This document shows, one piece after another, positions 24,448 to 37,000 of a stretch of DNA of 64,000 nt. Below the pieces are notes generated by a model. The model made no database searches. It was not told the origin of the DNA and was given only the letters and a program-made list of their open reading frames with translations. Location of the stretch: contig JAKMXF010000330.1 of NCBI GenBank assembly GCA_024704765.1, positions 242,953 through 306,952 on the forward strand. Reading direction: 5' to 3'. A program made the translations under genes and the position numbers. How positions within the stretch are numbered: the first letter of the stretch is position 1; every line of letters starts with the position of its first letter. The DNA is from Oopsacas minuta (lineage: Eukaryota; Animalia; Porifera).

Positions 24448-25195
24448 ATCATATGTATAACAAATATAATGCTGCTCTGAGCAACTAGGATAATTAGATC
24501 TGATTACAATTACAGCTATGTTTGATTGCAGATGATTGGAAAGATTGCTTGCAAAATGTATTAAGTTAATACAATTTAAGTTACACGAGTCTACATACAC
24601 AGACGATATAATAAGAATTACTGAATTTGCATTTAGATACGTGTAATATCAGACAAATTATAGAATTAAGTGTTAATAATAAGAACCATGAGTAGCTAGT
24701 TGTATTGTCTGATTATGAATTATTACGCAATAATTCGAAATTAACTAATAACCAAATAAGGTAATTGGTAAAGTAAACTACCAGTAAAACGGTATTTTCA
24801 GACTCATAGAAAAATACCAAACTGCGATATATTCGGGGACTTAAGCATTTCGTTACCAGGATACCTCGACTCCTCCGGGATTTTATGCAAATCTTCCAAT
24901 GGATCCAATATGCTGCTGATAGAAACCGAAATGTTCAAGTACTTGGAGCATTCATTGTGAACATTTCGGTGTTTATCAGCAGTATATTGGGATCTAGTGG
25001 AAGAGATAGAAGATACGCAATCTTTCTATAGCTATAGAATGTAAATAAGATGGAATAATGCGAAACTAATCAATTCAAAATAAATTCATATATGAAGCAA
25101 ACAGACACCTTCTTCGTCCAAGAAGAGGCTTGATAGCTGAAATATTTCCCAACCCATCTCACAAGCAATAAATATAATGCAAAATACAAGAAAAA
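24448..25195. repeat. Partial duplicate of ankyrin-gene intron 1 and decayed exon 1
   Basis: 24448-24776 equals 19193-19521. ~25017-25195 resembles ~19994-20215 with substitutions and a ~30-bp deletion inside the exon-1 copy. Confidence 0.85.
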
Positions 25196-25290
25196 AATGT
25201 CCAGCAGACAGACTGGTAGTGCAGCTCAGGGTTATTTATGTTTGTTCTTGTCCGAAAAATCACCTTAATGGCCACTGTTCAGCCAATATA

Positions 25291-26565
25291 CAGGGTGGCT
25301 CCAAAGTTCTGATACAAACCATTTTGCCTATAATAATTTTCAGCATGACCTACATCATTGATTTTCTATATATAATTAATACATACTATTAGGAAGAGAT
25401 TGCCTAGTCATTTATTCAATATAACCACCCTTTTTGGAAATGACAGCCCTGAGTCTGTTCGGGAATCCTTCTACTGCGGCACGCAGTTTCTTGGGGTATC
25501 TTCTCCCATTCTCGACACAAGGAAATCTTTAGAGAGCTAACTGTGTTGTGTGACACAGAACAAGCCTTGTTTTCCAAGATAGACCATACAGAATAGTCCA
25601 TAGGATTTAAATCGGGACTGTATGGTGGCCATTCATCCTTGTGTATAAAATTGGGAGTATTGTGCTTCATCCAATCTTGGGTCGTATTGGCCGTATGGGC
25701 GGGAGCACCATCTTGTTGGAAGACAAATGGCTGTCCAGAAAACATGGTCTGGCTCAGACCTTTTACCACTGGCTCTAATACAAGCTCTTTGTATGTTTTG
25801 GCATTGATTTTCACTCCTGGTGGGATGAAAATCAGTGGTGTCCGTCCAACAGCAGAGACCCCAGCCTAAACCATCACCGACAGCGGTTTCTTCATCCGAC
25901 TGATATATCTGAACTTATCAGGGATCGCTGAAACTGAGATCGAGATGACTCTGTCGTTTTGGCTATTTGTAGCCTCTTCTATGGTGAAAATTTTCTCATC
26001 TGAGAAAAGGGTATTTTGAGAACCCCAATAGCGTGTAGTGCAAGTAGGCTCTTGCTCCGGGACACTCTCTTTTCTTTCACCGACCCAGATAGGAATTGTA
26101 CCTTTTAACAACCTTTTGTATTGCTCGGCGAGATATATTGAGCTTTAAGGCCATTTTTCCCATCGAATGGTGTGGGTTCCGCCGAATCCGTTCTCGCACC
26201 ACTTTCTTGAGAGCTGAGGTCGTTACAGAACATGGACGACCAGATCTCGGCTTGTCTACAGTGTCCCCAGTTTCCTTATATCGATTTATCGTTTTGTAGA
26301 TAAATACCCTACGTCCTTTTGCAATATTCAGCAGTTTCAAAATTTCTGAGGGACTTTTCCCCGCTACATGCAAGTCAATAATTGCTGACCTCTCAGATTC
26401 CATGGTCAATCACAATATTTTTTCGAAATACAATACGCTAAATTGAAATAATATTTATAAGGGAGCGCATAAGGTATGTCATGGAAAAGCAAATCATTGA
26501 GAATACTTCCTGATAATGGTTATATATTAATTGTGATTTTGTATCAGAACTTTGGAGCCACCCTG
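25291..26565 (-). mobile_element. Tc1/mariner DD37D (maT-type) transposon, non-functional transposase
   Basis: 28-bp perfect TIR CAGGGTGGCTCCAAAGTTCTGATACAAA with TA on both sides. HTH ORF 26077-26409, FSDEK, and QQDGAPAH...SPDLNPMD with 37 residues between the last two Asp. Premature stop at 25866-25868 plus frameshifts. Confidence 0.95.
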
Positions 26566-27496
26566 TACATGATGGAAGTTTGAAATTTGAATCACAGGTA
26601 CCCCTCAATGTTACGGATGTTCTGATGTAATGATTTTGGCCCGATGCAAACTCATCATGGGATTATTACGTCACCATGACTGACAAAAACATCTAAATTA
26701 TCCAAATTTCGATATTTTGAGAATTTCATAATATTCGAGACAGGAAATGCACAGATCACTAACCTAAAGCCACGTAAGAGTTGCAGTATTACCGCAGAAG
26801 GCTATTAATTCGAATTTGGGTCGACCATGGATAAAAAGTACTAAAATTTCCATAAATATTAACCCCTAGGCACCACTGTATTTAGATTATTGAGTAATAA
26901 TTATAAATGCAATAATCAGAGTTTAAGTGAGGTATTGCAACCAGTTTGGAAAAGACTTGGGTAGTAATTGGAAAACCTATTGACTGGGTTACATATAATT
27001 ATTGTCCAGTTTTTGCTGAGTTGGTCTTTTCGGGCAAACACTGAGCGATTGCAAGCGAATTTTGCAAGAAAAATTCAATAGAAATAAAAACAAATCCTTA
27101 CAAATCGCATATCGGATAAACATATAGATATATTATATCAGGTTACAGACACAATATCGTAAACCAAAGAGATGCACAACCTAATCATACAGGCAAAATA
27201 ATGTAAATAAATTCTCCAGGTAAATCACCGTGGATTGAAATATAATTATGGAGAGTCAAAATATTATGGATGTTATTGTGGTAAAATTAATTCAATTGTC
27301 ACAGAATGGATCTGTAGTCGTAGCAAACATAAATGGAAATCATACAAATTTCAAATATACTATACATAATATGAATAATGAATAATGTTTTCAATACGTA
27401 GGCAATTGATAAAATAGATAAATAGCAAGGTTGGCTGAATAAAGTAAAAACAAACACAGCAATAATCGAACCTTTACTGGAAGAGAATTAGAAAGA

Positions 27497-29491
27497 ATGA
27501 AAATATTCAATATTTACCAGTTAATTTTATACATATGCATTATATACAGTGCTGAATGTAGGACAATACGGAGACAAACTAATACAGATTTAATTATTAC
27601 GTCATCTGAAACAATCAATAACTGCGAAGTAGGGGACTACGAGGCAGCCTTTGGAGCGGATTTCCAAGTAAGAGAGAATTCTAACGTCACTCTCCTAATC
27701 AGTATCAATAGAAATCACCCTAGTTTAATCGGTGAATCTATGACATTGAGCTTTTTTAAAGATAATACAAATATACAACTCGTGTTTCCTAATTCGGTTC
27801 AGAGGTATCCAGTAGAAGCAATGCTAACGCCACCAAATGAACCAGAAATTACAAATTTATTCGTAGTTTACGAATTCGGGCTAGTAATTGTTGGGTTGAA
27901 ATTAAAATCTGGACAATCTAGTAATAACGGAGAGTATAAGATTGAAGTAGGAACCCTAAACACCCCGGTACTCACTACTGTCACTTCAATAATTGAGTTC
28001 ACTACCAGCTGCCCTGCAGAGCCAATTAGAGAAATTATTAACACAGATGAGAATGAAACTGTTTTTGAAGAAATAGGAAGCTATACACATAACTTTGGGG
28101 GTAGTATCCACGTGCCAACAGGCTCAGTCGTGTTCTTAAGAATTTCGTATGATGAGAATCACCCGGATTTTGAAGGAGAGGCTGTAGAAGTTACTTTGTA
28201 TAAAGACGGAACGCTATTGAGACCTGTATTGGGGTTTATTTCAGAAGGAGAGTTCGAATTAGAGCCAGATACAAGAGATATGTATCCTAACATATTCGTC
28301 AAGTTTGATTTTGGATACGTCTACAATTCGCTGGTAATTAGGAATGGTAATCCTGACTATAACGGTCAGTATACATTGACGATTTGTACAAGATCAAGAA
28401 CTGGAATAGCTAGTGCAACAACAAGAGTGTTGTTTGCTCCAGAGAGCACCTTGCCTCCTGCCTTGAAGAGGACAAATAAAGAAATATTTGTGTATAACAA
28501 AGATATAGCGTATATTCAAGGTATTATTGGAGACAGATTCATTGTTCTAACCCCCTCAAGTTTGAATTCTATAATATTATTTGCAGAAGATACAAATAAT
28601 AACAACAACATAAACTGGAATTGGTACTTTACTCCAATCGGTGGTAATAGAGAGCTGATTAGAAGATCACAAGATACTAAGATATTGAAATTCGAGAATT
28701 CTAGTGCTCTCTTATTGGATGGGAATGAAGAGAGATTAGGAGTGTATACTGTAGAGGCAACCAACAGTGCAGGATTTGATGTAGTGTCTTCAGAGATAAA
28801 TAATATAATGACACCGATGGTTAGCTTACCAGAGGGTAGAAATACAGTTGGAGCTATAAAGATAGGAGTACATGTAGATATAAGTACACCAGGTAATGAG
28901 AGAGTAGTGATAGAAGCAAGATATCAATCAGGGTTCCCTAGTACTATTACTAATTGGTTCTACTCCAAATGTAGAGATGGAGAGAGGAAGCAAATAGAAA
29001 ACTCAGATGATATGGAAATAATCACAGATTCTACTATCACCAGACTAATTATCAGAAATACAACAAGAATAGAGTTTGGATATTATTTCGCGATGGCATC
29101 CAATCTAGCTGGAGTTGAAGAAGCATACAGTATACTGGGTAAAGCTCCTGAATTGGAGGAAGTAAGAACATTCCATAATGTGGAGGGTTTCACACAGGGA
29201 CAAATAGGAGATTCATTCAAACTATCAAAAAACAGTTTGATATCAATTGAAGCTAATGCTCAGGGATTTCCACCTGTCTCATTCAGTTGGTTCAAGGTTA
29301 ATCCACTAGACTTGTATACAGAAGAGAGAAGGGCAGTGAACGGCGAGGATGTGAGAATAGGGAATACTCTCAACAAGAGTGTGTTTACGCTGTTTACTTA
29401 TCCATCATGTAATTTCATTAAATACACAGTAAGAGTGAGTAATGAACTGGGACAGGTAGAATTGTCTTCATATGTTCTTAATTCTTTATAG
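27497..29491 (+). CDS. Secreted protein with about five Ig-like (I-set-type) domains, single exon, 664 aa
   Basis: N-terminal signal peptide. Repeated FFKD/LYKDG/NWxY/FSWFK C-strand and GxY F-strand motifs. No TM segment. Confidence 0.75.
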   Translation: MKIFNIYQLILYICIIYSAECRTIRRQTNTDLIITSSETINNCEVGDYEAAFGADFQVRENSNVTLLISINRNHPSLIGESMTLSFFKDNTNIQLVFPNSVQRYPVEAMLTPPNEPEITNLFVVYEFGLVIVGLKLKSGQSSNNGEYKIEVGTLNTPVLTTVTSIIEFTTSCPAEPIREIINTDENETVFEEIGSYTHNFGGSIHVPTGSVVFLRISYDENHPDFEGEAVEVTLYKDGTLLRPVLGFISEGEFELEPDTRDMYPNIFVKFDFGYVYNSLVIRNGNPDYNGQYTLTICTRSRTGIASATTRVLFAPESTLPPALKRTNKEIFVYNKDIAYIQGIIGDRFIVLTPSSLNSIILFAEDTNNNNNINWNWYFTPIGGNRELIRRSQDTKILKFENSSALLLDGNEERLGVYTVEATNSAGFDVVSSEINNIMTPMVSLPEGRNTVGAIKIGVHVDISTPGNERVVIEARYQSGFPSTITNWFYSKCRDGERKQIENSDDMEIITDSTITRLIIRNTTRIEFGYYFAMASNLAGVEEAYSILGKAPELEEVRTFHNVEGFTQGQIGDSFKLSKNSLISIEANAQGFPPVSFSWFKVNPLDLYTEERRAVNGEDVRIGNTLNKSVFTLFTYPSCNFIKYTVRVSNELGQVELSSYVLNSL

Positions 29492-30995
29492 ATTGTATAA
29501 TAGTATGTATATCAATTAAATAAGTTCTAACTGTGTGATTGTTCTGTCTGGGAATATGTAATTTCAGTACATTCAGTGATAATTATAATATAATAATTAA
29601 GTAAATATGTTTATCATAACTTGTAGAGTCGTCAAAAATTGGGATCCTCACACTTGAGTACATCACAATATCAGTATACAAGCATATTAGACAAGTTCAG
29701 ACGATGTGATGAATAAACTGGAAGGGGAAATGATATCTAGATATCTATAAATGCATCAGCTACATAGAACAGTATTAAATAATCTCATTTTACCGTCTAT
29801 TTGTAGACCCAGGTCATTTCTTGGGATTTGTTATAACTAAAGCTATAATTTCGTGACGCTATATCTGTAGACTGTCTATAAACTTCCATAGAAGTATACA
29901 AATTTTGTTGACAGATAAAAACCCTTCGAAACCAATAGAGATTGTTTTAACTAATCCGGGAAGTGACCTGGGAAATTGGAAATACCGAATAATCAAATCA
30001 ACTTGGCCAACCAGACTATTAACTAAGGCGAGGGTCATAGATGGAACAGGTAAACCTGGCAGGTTGAAAATTAGCAACAGTTATAGATAGATATTACCCA
30101 CTGACATGCTAATTGTCCAAATTATTGCACGACATTCTGCTAACTCATCACTCAGGTTAGTAAGTGTAATGATAAGTTGTCTTAGTTTAAAGTTTCATTT
30201 GCAGGATTTGTTATTGTTTAATAGTTATTGAGATTGACCGGTCGAAAGCTGACTTGTTCCATTTCTGTGGCCTTGCTAAGGAGAGTAAATCTGTATCAAT
30301 TGACAGAATTGAAACTTTTAAGTCTGTAATTAATGAAATTCATTTTACAAATACACAACAACAGATAATTGATAAATAAACCACAAATAAATAATAAAAA
30401 TATTTATAATAGAAGAATAATTCAATTAAATAGGAAATTATACGAATAGCCTATACCAGAGATTGGTCGATTCCATCTCTGGCCTATACGCTAATTTCAT
30501 AATATAATATACGTATTACATGGCCAGCGGTGCCTATTAGAGCTAGTGGGTGTCATAATAATGGAGAGAGGGTGTCTAAACAACCCACGGTGGCCGCGGC
30601 CCTGTAATAGATACGTAATTGGTTAGCTACGATAAATTAATACAGAATATACAATTAATACAGATAACTAGAAGTTGTATCTTGCAACGTAGCAATTGTA
30701 GCATGTACTAGTATAATGTAATAATGAAATATAACTACAAAATATATTAAACCAATGATAAAGAAATTACATTAATTATATTATTTAATAAACGAAAAGA
30801 ATAAATAATTATAACAAACTAATTTCTGTAACTAAAACAGGAAACAAGTAAAACATATTATAAATGATACGCAAAATAACATAATAAGTAAGTAAATCAA
30901 ATAACAGAATATCACTACAAGATGTATGAATAATACGATAAATGATAATAGTGTAGTAAATGAATTATCAAAAAATACGTAGCCATAAAAAAGAG

Positions 30996-33152
30996 TTAGG
31001 GTCTAGGATAGAATCCACCGTGGAAGGGGGGAGGGTGTCCTAGAATGTTTGGATGTTGCATGTAGACACCAGAGGGATGGAAAGGCATAGGTGACATAGG
31101 TCCAGGTGAGAAGTTAAACGGAATAGGGGGAAAACTGGGCATTAAATTAGGAGGTCCTAACATAGCATGTGGTGGAAATCCGTGCATGGGAGTAAAAGGA
31201 GTGATAGGAGGTAGCGCCATGTTAGGCTCATCAAATGGCAACTGTTGTGAAGTATCCACCATATTATCATTGCTAGGTATAATAGCTGAGGAGCCGAGCA
31301 AGCCAAGAATCTTAGCTTGCAAATCCTTAGAGTTCTGATTCAAATCTGACTTTGATGGAGGAAATTTCTTTACAATTTGAGACAGTTGTTCCAGATCTAG
31401 AGAGTGTTTCTCTGGGGTAGAGCGAGGGGAGGAACCTGCTTCCCTAGAGGAGCGGATCATTTCTGGCGGATCTCTGGATTGGATGATCCTGTCTCTAATT
31501 GCTTCTTCGTACTTCTGATGATCAATATTGATGAGACATAGAGCGTCTTCTAAAGGCATGTTCTTGTGTTCCTGTGGATTCTTACCATGCAGAATAGTAA
31601 GAGTTATGGAGTTGTGCTGCTCATGTTGAGGGAGTATTATAATCGCATAGAGAAGATTCCTCCTCACTGCTCGATCCAATGATTCTGCTACTCCCATAGA
31701 AGGTGGAAGAGTTATTAAATTAGTTGTTACTCCCATGTGTCTGATCCGCTGCTCTACTTTCTCAGCATACTCCCTCTGCTTCTCACTAAGTATTATCAGC
31801 TCCATGTCTAGTATATCTTCTGCCTCAACACGAGACCGGATTCTAGCTTTCTTCTCTTCCACCCAACTCTCAGGGGGTATAGTGGAGGGGGGAGGGGGAT
31901 CCTCTCCCCCTCTATCCCTCTTCACTGGCCTATCCGACAGATCTCGTAGAGTGCTAACAGTATTCTCGGGAAAGTGCTGGTTAATAGAACGAGCAGGTCT
32001 ATTAGAACCAGAAGACACCCTTTTCCTGTTATCTATATTATCTCTGTTATGTAAAGATATTCTATCAAATACAGTTCTTGAAGCAGCCTTCCCTCTCGGA
32101 GTATTTGCTTCATCCGAGTACTCAGTTCTATCTCTATCAGGAGAATGTCTCTCTCTAGAATCGAAGTATCCTTCATTTCTCAGACCAGCTCTAACAGGAT
32201 ACACGTCTCTCCCACGAGTATTGTAGCTTGGAATTGGTGGAGACATTCTATTACGTTCTGTATATCTGGTATATGTCTCCTTCTCAAATATTCCTCTCCT
32301 AGGGGATCCTCTCCTCTGAGTGCTCGGGTCTCTCAAGAAGGTAGGGCTACGTTTCACCAGTGAGTAATCTCTACTTGGAGGACTGCGTCGTTTAGGACTC
32401 TCATCTCTTCTATGATGTACAGGACTACGGGCTTTGCTATGTGTACTGTGTTCTCTATACTGGTCATTACCTGTCTGCTTTCTGTCTCGGTAGGGAGATC
32501 TCTTGGACCCACTCCAGCTAGGGGGTTCTCTACTTCTCTCTCTCCTCCAGGTATCACGTTCTCTTTCTCTATCAGAATAACTGTCTTTAGAACCACGAAT
32601 AGGAGGACTGGATCTGTAACGATCCACCTCTCTCCCATATCTACTCTCATTTCTATCTGCAGGACTCCTACGCTCTCTCCCATATGACCTCACACTATGT
32701 CTGGTAGCGTCTCTACTGTCACTCATATGCTCCCTCTCCTCTCTGTCTCTGGGTCTCTCCCGTCTGTGATCTCGGTAGTCTCTCTCAGGACTCCTAGGTC
32801 CCATCCTGGCGCTGCGTCCAGGAGACCTATATGATCTCTTGAGAGGGGTCCTCTGTTTGTAACTGTCTCGCTCTGTTGACCTGTCTCTGTCTGAATTTCT
32901 TTCTCGATAATCCTCTCTGTTTCTGTCATCATATCTAGTATCTCTCTCCCTGACAGGAGATCTTTCTTTGTGACGGTAATCCATTTCAGGTGATGACTTT
33001 CGTTTCCGCTCATCCATCCAATCTCTTGATGTCCCGGTATTTTCGTATTTGATTAGTTCTTCTTTCCTGTTCTCATTGAGAACATCTGACAGTCTGCTGG
33101 ATTTCTCTCTAGAAACAGTCATCTCGTGATAACAGCTAGAATCAAGCCACAA
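30996..33152 (-). CDS. NCOA5: Nuclear receptor coactivator 5-like protein (RD/RS-rich N-terminus, anticodon-binding-like domain, Pro-rich tail)
   Basis: MELIILSEKQREYAE...YAIIILPQHEQHNSITLTILHGKNPQEHKNMPLEDAL matches the conserved NCOA5 domain. The ORF-track start is TTG; the first ATG is at 33122. Confidence 0.85.
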   Translation of the reverse strand: MWLDSSCYHEMTVSREKSSRLSDVLNENRKEELIKYENTGTSRDWMDERKRKSSPEMDYRHKERSPVRERDTRYDDRNREDYRERNSDRDRSTERDSYKQRTPLKRSYRSPGRSARMGPRSPERDYRDHRRERPRDREEREHMSDSRDATRHSVRSYGRERRSPADRNESRYGREVDRYRSSPPIRGSKDSYSDRERERDTWRRERSREPPSWSGSKRSPYRDRKQTGNDQYREHSTHSKARSPVHHRRDESPKRRSPPSRDYSLVKRSPTFLRDPSTQRRGSPRRGIFEKETYTRYTERNRMSPPIPSYNTRGRDVYPVRAGLRNEGYFDSRERHSPDRDRTEYSDEANTPRGKAASRTVFDRISLHNRDNIDNRKRVSSGSNRPARSINQHFPENTVSTLRDLSDRPVKRDRGGEDPPPPSTIPPESWVEEKKARIRSRVEAEDILDMELIILSEKQREYAEKVEQRIRHMGVTTNLITLPPSMGVAESLDRAVRRNLLYAIIILPQHEQHNSITLTILHGKNPQEHKNMPLEDALCLINIDHQKYEEAIRDRIIQSRDPPEMIRSSREAGSSPRSTPEKHSLDLEQLSQIVKKFPPSKSDLNQNSKDLQAKILGLLGSSAIIPSNDNMVDTSQQLPFDEPNMALPPITPFTPMHGFPPHAMLGPPNLMPSFPPIPFNFSPGPMSPMPFHPSGVYMQHPNILGHPPPFHGGFYPRP

Positions 33153-33480
33153 TCTTTGTAATCTGAATGAAGTGTAGGAGATGTAGTTGGCGAGAAATTT
33201 ACAAGTATTGCAAACTTACTTGAAATAAGTAAGCATTAAATAATGGATCACCGATATTCCCATCAGCCCGGGCCGAGACAATTATACTATTTTTAACCAT
33301 AATATGTACTAGATTTTCAAAATTTAGGTGATGAACTATAAACTCAATAGAAGAACCATGATTCGAAGAATAAATAGCAAAGTGGTAATAATTTAATTCT
33401 GAGCAATATATACACATAAATTCAAACATTGTAATTATGAAGAGATACAAGAATTGATGGAATGCAAAAGTATTATATTA

Positions 33481-33640
33481 TACCGTATTACCTTGTAGTA
33501 CATACGTAGAGGGGAAATTATTAACTCAGTACTTCCGTACGGAGGACCAAAATCACATAAATACCATGTGATGAATGAAAGGGAGGTGCTTATTCGAAGG
33601 GATCAGGGACAAGGAGGCTACTATCCGAGGTAATACGGTA
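33481..33640. mobile_element. TA-flanked MITE (Tc1/pogo-type ends)
   Basis: TACCGTATTACCT (33481-33493) / AGGTAATACGGTA (33628-33640), a perfect inverted repeat. Confidence 0.6.
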
Positions 33641-34036
33641 TATTAAACGAAACAAACCATTAAACCTAACGTCGTTATTCAGATTAGTTGATCTTTTAAA
33701 ATTGAGTTAATTGAAAGAATACGTCGCTAACCTGTAATTTAAATAAAAGCATGCATACCACAATTTATTATCGTAAAAAGCTCACTAATTAAAGTTGTAA
33801 TCTGCAATCTCACGGTATAATATATGAAGTTATGATTAATAATCTAATTGAGATTTTATAATGGGAGGAAATATAAAGTTCAAGGAATTAAAATCATATT
33901 GAGCTCTAGTATCTGCCATATATCAAAAATAAGCTACCTCTGGAAATTATAGTATCAGATAATATATCATGTGTATTCTGGTCTTACGTCTTATCATTGT
34001 AGTTCAATTGACTTGTAATTTGAAATAAACAATATT

Positions 34037-37000
34037 TCAATCACTAGAATCCGTATCAGCATTTTGTAACCATTCTACAATAGTATCTATACTTTTCCGT
34101 AGGCTTGTTCGTTTCTTCATCTCGTAGTTTAAAGGCTCAATACCATGCCAACTCAGAATTGATTCCTGAGAAATTATGTCTTTATCATACAGGTGGTACA
34201 AGATGTGCTGAAATATATGAGATACCATGCGATTGCCAATAGCAACTGTCTCTATTGCGTTAATAAGTTCAATCTAAAGGACAAAGTGTGTAGTAAGAAT
34301 ATGCATGTTACAGATACTATAATGGACAAATTGTTTCTTCAAAAAGGATGAAATGGCATCCTCATGATTTGTGGGGGTTAATTTCATTACTAGCATGAAA
34401 TCAAAAGGGCTGATTAGTGGAACTAATCAGCCCTTTTGATTTCCTGGCTAGTTTCAGAACTAATATAAGATATTTTCAATTAAGGACAACTATACTATAC
34501 CTCAAATTATACTTATATGCCACTTTCTATATCCACAAATAGCTTATTTAATTATCGAGAACTCTAAAAGTATAACCAAATTCATTCTTACTATCCACTT
34601 CTTACCACTACGTAATTTGACATATTAGAAGTGGTATATCAGCAATCTAACATGACTGACAGAATGAATTGCTTGTAGCCATTTTTTACTGTGAAGACTA
34701 CTACTTAGTGGCCAGTGTTGAAATGGTTGCCTTAGTTTTCTTGTTTCGGTATCTTTCCCCTGTTTGATTTGTTGAATATACATTAAATCTTCGTTAATCA
34801 AAACAGTAAATAAACTTATGAATGTGAATCACTACGGTAGAAATAAGGACACATGAGTATATATCCACAAAAGTGTCCATAAAACGACTAAGGCTCAATA
34901 AGCATGTTTGAAATTTGGAAACACAGTATTACTTGTGCTATATTTATTACGCAGTAGAATGATACTAACTGAAATCAGTTTAAATCAGGGGTGCGTGGGA
35001 AAAATTTGATTCCCTTTCCCATCTCATTCTCATAGGAAAATAATAATCACATTCCCACGGCAAGTCGCAACCCTGATTTAAATAATTGGGTCATTCTTCC
35101 ATAAGTACATCTCGTCTATACCTGTTCAATTAGAGATTGTTCGAACCATGTCACTACGAAATACGAATATGCGAGGATATATAGTATACTGTAGTAACTA
35201 ACTTCTTGTTCATCTTCATTGATAAGATTAACAAATACTTGCACTAAATGAGTAATTGTCGTTTTTACATAGTTGAGTAGTTCCTGTGGTGAGTTTACAG
35301 GTTGTGAGGGTCCATCTAGAACTACTTGCATAACATAGATACCAATCTCTTCCATTGGAATCACACTAGCATGTCTTCTACTTTTGATTTCCATTTGGAT
35401 ATTCTCTACTGCGACTGAATGACTAACTCCATACCGGATAATCTCCAACAAATCTCGGTAGAAAGCTTCCTCTGGATCATCATGAACAATTCCAATCTCA
35501 GGTGTCTCAGGACGTACCAGAATATCTACAGTAGGTTTACGCATACCCCAAACAACTGCCTCTGATTGCACAGGTCCTCCGCTTGTGGGATCAATAAGCT
35601 TAATATTCATTCCAGTACTTTCAGGACCTAATCAATAGTAAAATAGGACATTAAAGTCTTAAAAAACCTTGATTCTATCCATGTAGTCCCGCGATTGATA
35701 ATGGAGATCACACCTTCCAATTAATAGGGCATATGGTCCATTTAATACAGTTAAAATAAGACATGTTGTGTATGTATTATGAAGCACAAACCACGATCAT
35801 GGATGCATCAACATAGGTATAATTACAGGGTCCTGAATAATATAAGTCTCAGGACTACTCTTGGTTATTGGCAGTTAATTATAATAGTATGGTTTTAGAA
35901 TCTTATCAAATATGATACCAAGAAATAGACCAGTATCAAATATATTAATTTCAAATTGTAACACAGTAAGAGTAATAAGGAATGTAAAGTAAATATTGTT
36001 ATTATAATAGACTATAATTACAAGAAATTTGATTCACCCAGACTTAATTAGACTTTACAATTATTGATTACTGATAATATTTGCATTTTTACAACGCATC
36101 AATTAGGTGATATAATAATCAAACTGTAGAAATAAGAACACATAGTATATACTATCTAAGAACACGTAAGTAATAAAAGAGACAATTTATCACGTAGTGA
36201 TGTTCCAGACAAAACAATTACATGTAAATGAATTTAAGTGTGTAGAAATTAATATCTTAGACAGATTACAAGTATATCTTTCTGCTTGCTAATACGCAAA
36301 AAAGCTAATTCAAATTGGGTTTACTTATATGTTGTCGGCGATATTATCGACGAGATTTTAGAATTAAACCATATCTGTTCGAATAAAATTGACAAATGAC
36401 CTCTTTTTTAAAATTCATTGATAGAAAGTTTCCCAATAATTTCTACAAAAGCTATGCCATTGACACAAGTAAACTGGTCATAGACTAGTATATTGTCCAC
36501 GTCCCTGTGAAGGTCAGTCATCATTCTTGCGCCGGGTAAACGGATTGAATTCCACAAGATAAAACTGTGAGTTCGAGGCCTCATTTATAATTTGAAATTT
36601 ACCTAGGGATAATATCTAAGTTGTTTAATACGTCTTTCAATGAAGACGTATTACGTATTATACATTCAATCTACAATTTTTGGTGACGTAACTTCTATTA
36701 GGCTGATTTCTGCAATAAATATTTTGCACCAAACAGTAGTTCTCAAAGGTTAATGAGAAATCTCAGCATAGTTGACCAATTATATAATATATACAAGTCT
36801 AACAATGTAAAATCTCGTATTTCGAGGTTAACCTAGACGTAAAATACGTTCAAATAGATAACGTCTAACATATTATACGTTATACGCGTATTATACAACT
36901 TAGGATAATATTATAAATTGATGTAATAATTCATAATTACTCAGGTAAGTAATCAAGGTTACCACAGGCCAGCTAATACGAAGAGTAGTAAAAGTATCTT

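Noticed and set aside
27497-29491. Idea that the nearby Ig-domain gene is a V(D)J-like target of the RAG1-like element
   Set aside because: The gene is one uninterrupted ORF, and I saw no flanking heptamer pairs or segment array. Being ~3 kb away is not evidence.
29859-30360. Overlapping short ORFs downstream of the Ig gene
   Set aside because: No recognisable family, and stops surround them in all frames.
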